Source of the DNA: the human T2T-CHM13v2.0 reference genome, Homo sapiens
Assembly: GCF_009914755.1 (NCBI RefSeq)
Contig: NC_060925.1
Reading direction: 5' to 3' (one strand)
DNA length: 64,000 bases
Shown here: positions 39,961 through 64,000 of the stretch, piece after piece
Layout of the letters: each line of letters begins with the position of its first letter
Position numbering within the stretch: position 1 is the first letter of the stretch
Position numbers and translations under genes: made by a program
Notes under the pieces: generated by a model
The model's input: only the letters and a program-made list of their open reading frames with translations
The model's database searches: none
Told to the model about the DNA's origin: nothing

Positions 39961-40841
39961 CCTGGGCAGCCTGTGACCTCCAGCATCCATATGCCCAGCC
40001 CTCCAGGGAGGGGCTGGACAGGGCCAGGTTGGGAGAGGTGAGTGAAACGACAAAGGCTTGGAGGGCACAATCCCTTCTTCCAAACAAAACGAAACCATAT
40101 TAGGCCAAACAAATAAACAAAAACACGCCATGCAAATGGGCCTCTGGTGTTGCTTTTGTGTATTTTTCGTTTGTTTGTTTGTTTTGTAAAGACAGGGTCT
40201 TGCTATGTTGCCCAAGCTTGTCTCGAACTGTTAGCCTCAAGCAATCTGCCGGCCTCAGGTACCAAAGTGCTGGGATTATAGGCCCGACCTCGCCCAGCAA
40301 GTTTTTTGTGTATTTTTCGGTTAAGATTGTTGATTTAGAGCCCTCTTTGTCCTCAGAACCTCTATCTCAATGCCTTTCCTAGGGCTTTACTTAATATGCA
40401 ATGCCCCTCATTAGTGCCTTACTTAATACATTGAGGCTAGTTATTTGAGCCCGGGTCTTGAATGCCATCTTCCCTGCCACTTACAAGCCGTTTGATTTGG
40501 AATAACTAATGTAACCTCTTTAAACCTCAGTTTCTATGTCTACAAAGAAGACATATGGATGAAGTAATATTAGCCCATTACAGGGTTTTGTTAGGATCAA
40601 GAGAGTACAAGTTGCTACTATAGTACTTTATTATTAATTATTGGGACAATCATACAGGATAGATGATGAAAGAGTCACTGCTACAATGTTTAATTGGAAG
40701 GCAGAATAAAGTGTAATAGCTTGAAAATGCCTGTGTAAAACATGCAGTATATACAACAGTAGAACAAATGGGGTACCTAACCTAATTGCTGAAGGGACAT
40801 AGTGGAGTTTAAGTTAATTTGGAAGGCCTATATGTGTATGG

Positions 40842-40846
40842 ACACA

Positions 40847-40894
<48 letters not shown>
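40842..40894 (+). repeat. (CA)n microsatellite
   Basis: Directly visible. Confidence 0.95.
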
Positions 40895-40896
<2 letters not shown>

Positions 40897-41157
40897 AGTA
40901 TATGGTGAATGAATGAATGGAAGGCTTCTTAGAAATATTGTGAGTCAGGTCTTAGAATAGATATTGGATATAACCCAGCAAAATAAAAGACAAGCGAGCA
41001 TTCTGAAAGCAAAAAAATTGTATGTTGAAGAATATAAATGGGAATTTGCTCATATCATGAGGAGAGGGCAAGCAGACAAGCTAGGTTAAAGCAGGAGTAC
41101 AGTATGAAAGATGAACAAAGAATGGGGACAAGAGTGCCAAAGATAGTTTAAATTTGT

Positions 41158-49134
<7,977 letters not shown>

Positions 49135-49540
49135 CTATATAAAGGAAGAGCAACATGGAGTAGTAGAAGCAGGTTTACCCTGAGGACAAATCCCAGTGTC
49201 AGCATTGTGATCATAGTCTAAGCCTTGGGCCTAGGCCAAGGGAAGAGAAGAAAAACCTGCAACTCCTGAATTAAACCTGGACTCTTGAAGGGGCTAACAT
49301 AGTCCCAGGTTTATGCAAATGCAAATCCTCTCTGGAGGGAAGTATTCCTAATTTAGGTCCTCGGAATTCCCACAGATTAAATTTAACAAAAATGAGTTCA
49401 AAACCCCAAATATAAAATAGGCAAGGCACGCTGGCTCACACCTGTAATCCCAACACTTTGGGAGGCCATGGCGGGTGGACAGCTTGAGGCCAGAAGTTCG
49501 AGACCAGCCTGGCCAATATTGTGAAACTCCATCTCTACTA

Positions 49541-52480
<2,940 letters not shown>

Positions 52481-52743
52481 GTGGAAATAAATGAACACAT
52501 GAAGTCTCCCTGAAAGAAAATCAGTGTTTCTTGGGAAGAACCAAGATTCCCTGACAGAAGCTACCCTATGTAGAGGACAAAGTAGGTCTTCAATAAATAT
52601 TAGTTGGTTTACTGCTTTTCCCAAGGATACATCTGGAGGGTCTGCATTCCTTTCTCATTGGTGCCGCCTGACCACAGAACTAGCTTTTTCCGTGACATCT
52701 AACCTAAACCCCGCAGTCCTAAGTCCTGACACGTATGACAAGA

Positions 52744-52759
52744 TGCTGCCACCTGGTGG
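52744..52759 (-). promoter_or_regulatory. CTCF core motif CCACCAGGTGGCAGCA
   Basis: Near-consensus match. Confidence 0.7.
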
Positions 52760-53089
52760 ATACAGAATAGATTTAATGAAATGGCTAGGAAGTCTTTCAC
52801 TCTAGTTGGTGGAACTGGCAATAGGGTGAGAGGGAAGCAGGAATGAGAAGACAAAAATTAAGAAACAGGAAAAGGAAGGAGCTCCATCTCTAATATGGAG
52901 GTAGAAAAAAAGGGACTATCATCTAAATGAGACTGAAGAGTCCCTAGAGGAGAATGGCTTCCCTCTCCTTCCTTCTGAGACTAGAAACGAGGAAAGAGGC
53001 TGCAGCTTGTATTGAGGGAAATGCAAGACTGAGGAGAAAAGAAAGCAGGTCTAGCTGATCTCAACTTAGCAAGCTAAAATAAGAGTAGC

Positions 53090-53608
53090 CTGGTGTTAGC
53101 GGCCACCCAAGCAACTCCCTGCTCCTAGTTTCCACTTGGGGAATCCATGTGATTTTGGGGAGGCTGACCCCCACCCTTTTCCCCAAAGGTGTTGTCCATG
53201 ATATAGAATAAGCAAATTAGCATGTATCATCCTCCTGGCCACAGTGATTGGTCAGGGTGGACATGTGACCCAGGCCTAATCAGTGTGAATATTAGGGCTT
53301 TTGCTGAGATTTCTGGTACAAAGATGCCTTCTTTTTCTGATTGGACATAAATGGGGAAAAGTGTAATCTTAGGAATGCTGGCAGCCATTAAGTGGCCCAG
53401 ACTTAAATGGTCCTACAGAAGATGCAACAGTGAGAAAAAAGTCAGTCCGGTATTTAGAGACATACTGAACTACTGGGTCAAGTCTTCACCTGGAGCCAGC
53501 ACTACCTATGGACTTTCTAGTTACATGAACCAATAAATCCTTTTTATTTTAAGCCAGTTTGAATTAGGTTTTCTGTGATTTAAAACCAAAAGATCCCTAA
53601 CCTATACA
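53090..53608 (+). mobile_element. Ancient ERVL/MaLR-type solo LTR (LTR16/MLT1-like) in the RFX5 3' UTR
   Basis: tgattgg...catgtgaccca, aataaa, and terminal aaccaaaagatccctaacctataca pattern; 5' end approximate. Confidence 0.6.
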
Positions 53609-53889
53609 TTCATCATACTTAGCCCATTCCTACCTTCCCACAGGATAGCACAGGGAATACAGGTAAGGTCACTACAGATTTATTGGTTACACTAAAGCCC
53701 AGGGTATCAAGCTGAAAAGGTCAGAGGCAGCAACCAGGTACTAAGTAGACTGGGTGACTCAGCTGTCTGTACAGAGGAGAATGGACTTCCTTAGGAAAAG
53801 AATAGCCAAATGAGAAGCAAGTGCAAAGAAGGGCCTCTACTAGGCAAAGTTAACGTAGGGATATAAACACTCTTCCCCACAGACCTGTA

Positions 53890-55649
<1,760 letters not shown>

Positions 55650-55828
55650 TCAGAGATCAAAGACTATTGACCAAAGCTGAGACCAGACTGGGGATGGGAG
55701 TAGCCTCTACCTATCCCATTGCAGAAGCCCACAAGTTCTCTTCATCCTCTGCCTCAGCTACAGGGTTGGCAGAAGGGAACATCATACCTAGAAGCTATGT
55801 ACATAATGACTGAGGCTGTTAGCCCTCA

Positions 55829-56272
<444 letters not shown>

Positions 56273-56406
56273 TCAGAGAAGGAGGCCATGGGTAGGCTCG
56301 AAGAGTCCCTAGGGATCAAGTGTGAGGAACCCTTTAAGAAGGCAGGCTTTATCAAGGCAGGAAGCTCTTCATGGGTGAGGGGGTCCTATGCCCACCAATC
56401 CACTCA

Positions 56407-56586
<180 letters not shown>

Positions 56587-56808
56587 CTAACAGTTGTCCT
56601 GGTTCTTCCCAAACTACCACTTCAGTAGTGCTGGACCAAATTTAGTTCACCCAGAATCTAACTTTCCCTGGTAAACCAAGTCAGGGCGAGGACCTTTCCT
56701 CTTCATCAAGGACAGCATTTACGAGTATTCCTATTCACCTCACCCCTTCCCAGTGAACCTTTCTCTAAGAATCAGAACCTCTGCCATCTAAAACTACTAT
56801 CAAACCTA

Positions 56809-56976
<168 letters not shown>

Positions 56977-57031
56977 CTAGCTGACTTACAGGGTGTCAGA
57001 CTGAAAAAGGACCTTAGAAATTATTTGACAA

Positions 57032-57350
<319 letters not shown>

Positions 57351-57630
57351 CTAGGTGCTCTGAGGAGCCCTATAGGCTACCATGGAGAGGAGGGAAGTAG
57401 AGGGGATCAGCTCTGACTTCATCTCTGCTGGGCTTCTATGCAAGTGCTCACAGAGATCAAGTGAGAGGCACAAAGTCAAACTGGCAGCAAGTTTGCAAAG
57501 CCAACTATCTTCTGACAAGGCAGAGGACCCTACCTCTCCCACATCAATGTTTTGTTGATGCCCATCATCCTCACATCCTCCTCCCTCAGCATTTCCATCC
57601 CTCTCTTGCCCTCTTCCCCAACACACTTAC

Positions 57631-57664
57631 CAGGATCCCCTCTACTTTGTTCTGCACGGCCTTG
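57631..57664 (-). CDS. RFX5: RFX5 34-nt coding exon (KAVQNKVEGIL)
   Basis: CAG/GTAAGT boundaries, restores frame. Confidence 0.93.
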
Positions 57665-57906
57665 CTGTGGGGAAGAGGAGAAAGCTGGAGGTCACACACA
57701 AGATTTTCCCTGTCTCTTTATCTGACTGCTAGGGAGGGAAAAGGACTGAAATGCCCAGCAGGTGCTCAAGAATTGCTACCATGGCCAAAAATCTCCCTCT
57801 GCTCCCATGCCCTTGCTGAGAGGCAGTTCATCTACAGCCAAAGTGAAGTGCTGCAGGGATCTATACTCAGGTCTTGGACAGGACTTGGAGATGTGATGAG
57901 TACTTA

Positions 57907-58309
<403 letters not shown>

Positions 58310-58549
58310 CTGTAAAGGAAGAGATAGGGGGATTGGGAATCCATGTTAGCAAGAAATTTTCATTTCTGCCTCTGACCCCATACTGCCCTCCTCCCCCTCA
58401 AAAACAACAATAACAGCCACAAAACAAAGTTCTCTAATTCTCAAAAATACTCCTCACCATTGCATATGCCTGGGAGGTCAGAAAGGATACGAACATATTC
58501 TGCCCTTCTAGGCTTGGAAAAAAAACTGGGCCCAAGTTCTCATTACTTA

Positions 58550-59300
58550 ATCTCGCCACGACTTCCCCCGCTGCTCCCCCTCCCCACGTCGCCGGCCCCT
58601 ACGTCATCTCCCACAACAGCCCATCCTGAGGCGCGCCCCCACCTCCTTCCCTTCCCCCTCCATTCAATCCCCGGTTTCTGCAAAGTGGAGCGGGGGTGGG
58701 GCGGGGTAGCGGAACTCATGCGCTGGGCGTCAGAAACCCGGCAGGGGAATGGGGTCCCAGATTCCGGGCACGTGCACATGGGTGAAGAAGCTGTTGAAAA
58801 TACAGCTACAATCTTTTTCTGCTCTCCTCCCAACTCATCTTGCCCCTCCCTACCTCTGAACAGTCGCCTTCCAACACAAGCAACAATAAAGGTAAGGGAG
58901 AAAGAGAAACTACCTCGTAGCCACCTTCACTCCAGCCCAGCCCCAAGGTCCTGGCCCAGCCGGCTCGTGCGTTGCTTTATTTTCCTTTTTCTGAATGGTT
59001 GTAACAGCCGCGATCTGCCTAGATACACGGGCGGCCTGCTCTGTCATTGGTCACTGCTGCCACCCGGAGACAGAAGGCGCCGGGCTCGTACCGGCGGCCG
59101 CTGAAGTCTGCCTGGTAACAGAATCTGATTGGTCAATAGGGGAGGGAAAATCCAAAGTTGGTCTTATTTGAGTCAAGAGGGGGAAGTCCGGGTTGGGTTT
59201 CGGTTAAAACTGGGGTCGGTTGGGACTGCAGGTCCCAAGAGGTTCTTCTCTTAAAGGGACCGCAGGATGAAAGAACGGGCGCTCGGCTCCCTTTGGAACT
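58550..59300. promoter_or_regulatory. RFX5 CpG-island promoter with X-box-like and Y/CCAAT motifs
   Basis: CpG-rich; CCTGGTAACAG 59111, CTGATTGG 59125, ATTGG 59046, GC box near 58698. Confidence 0.8.
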
Positions 59301-59750
59301 GTCTTTTCTTTTGCCCTCCCCTTTTGTGTTTCAGTTTAGTCTACGGTCCTCAGAGCTGCCGGAAGAGAAGAATCAATGGATGATAAAATAACTAGACAAT
59401 GATGGGTAGGAGTGATGGAAGTTCACTGTAAGCTCCTATAACCCCCCATCACCATCACCACATGCCTAATACAACCTGCAGACACACTTACTCGCAACAG
59501 ACCTGCAATCTGGGCTCTCTTTTCCTTCTTGATGGAGGCCTCAAAACCTCAGCAGTTGTACCCATTAAACTAAAATGCTTTTTCCCTCTTAGTATTTCTT
59601 GGTTTCCCGTGTGTACTTTACTTCCAAAGAGTTGCAAATGCATTTGCATCCCCATAGTTCTGCAGTCGGTGAACCCTGGAATTTTGATGGACTCCCACGG
59701 GGGTGCTGGATGCCACAGGAACTTTTTACACTCAGGGAACATTGTACTGA
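58660..59750 (+). ncRNA. RFX5-AS1: Antisense/divergent lncRNA overlapping the RFX5 5' end; boundaries approximate
   Basis: Strong + strand donor AAG|GTAAGG at 58892 within the island; name from knowledge of the locus, not from sequence. Confidence 0.45.
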
Positions 59751-59998
59751 ATAGGTCATGGGTTCTTAACCCTCTTACTTAAGACATTTTAAGGTTATGA
59801 ATCAGACAAAAGCAATGGACCCTCTACCATGAAAAATGCACACAGAGACCAAGTTTTGCATCTAATTTCAGAGAGGTCATGGACTCCAGGTTGAAAGCCT
59901 CTTACATGGATGTATTTTGTTTTGCGCAGCGGTCATGTTACAACCAAAACTGTATTTGCCATCCTGACATCTAATATGTTCTCCAGGCTCATCATTAA

Positions 59999-64000
<4,002 letters not shown>

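Noticed and set aside
49313-49326. Overlapping octamer motifs ATGCAAATGCAAAT (also single at 40130)
   Set aside because: No snRNA gene or PSE recognisable nearby; isolated motifs
58460-59104. 214-aa + strand ORF across the RFX5 promoter
   Set aside because: Stop-poor GC-rich island, no domain; best explained by chance

Overview
Human genomic DNA that I recognise as the 1q21.3 cluster. It holds the 3' coding half and 3' UTR of ZNF687 (+), the complete PI4KB gene (-) and the complete RFX5 gene (-). My hand-spliced reconstructions give 2451 nt (816 aa) for PI4KB and 1851 nt (616 aa) for RFX5, matching the known proteins. Also present: an intronic 7SL pseudogene, two CpG-island promoters, very dense Alus, old L1/L2/MIR/MER5 fragments and two LTRs. 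I see no novel multi-gene system; the interesting signals are in RNA processing. (1) RFX5 has a U12-type intron in its DNA-binding domain and an apparent U12/U2 twintron in its 5' UTR region. (2) PI4KB has a candidate 63-nt in-frame Cys-rich cassette exon in the kinase domain, an in-frame uORF separated from the main ORF by one UGA, a uORF overlapping an alternative start (AUGA), and an Alu-flanked AUG-containing exon suited to circularisation. (3) ZNF687 and PI4KB have interleaved convergent poly(A) signals. (4) There are X/Y-box, CTCF and AP-1 motif clusters, plus several templated-insertion scars in Alus. Some of these may already be in databases that I cannot check.
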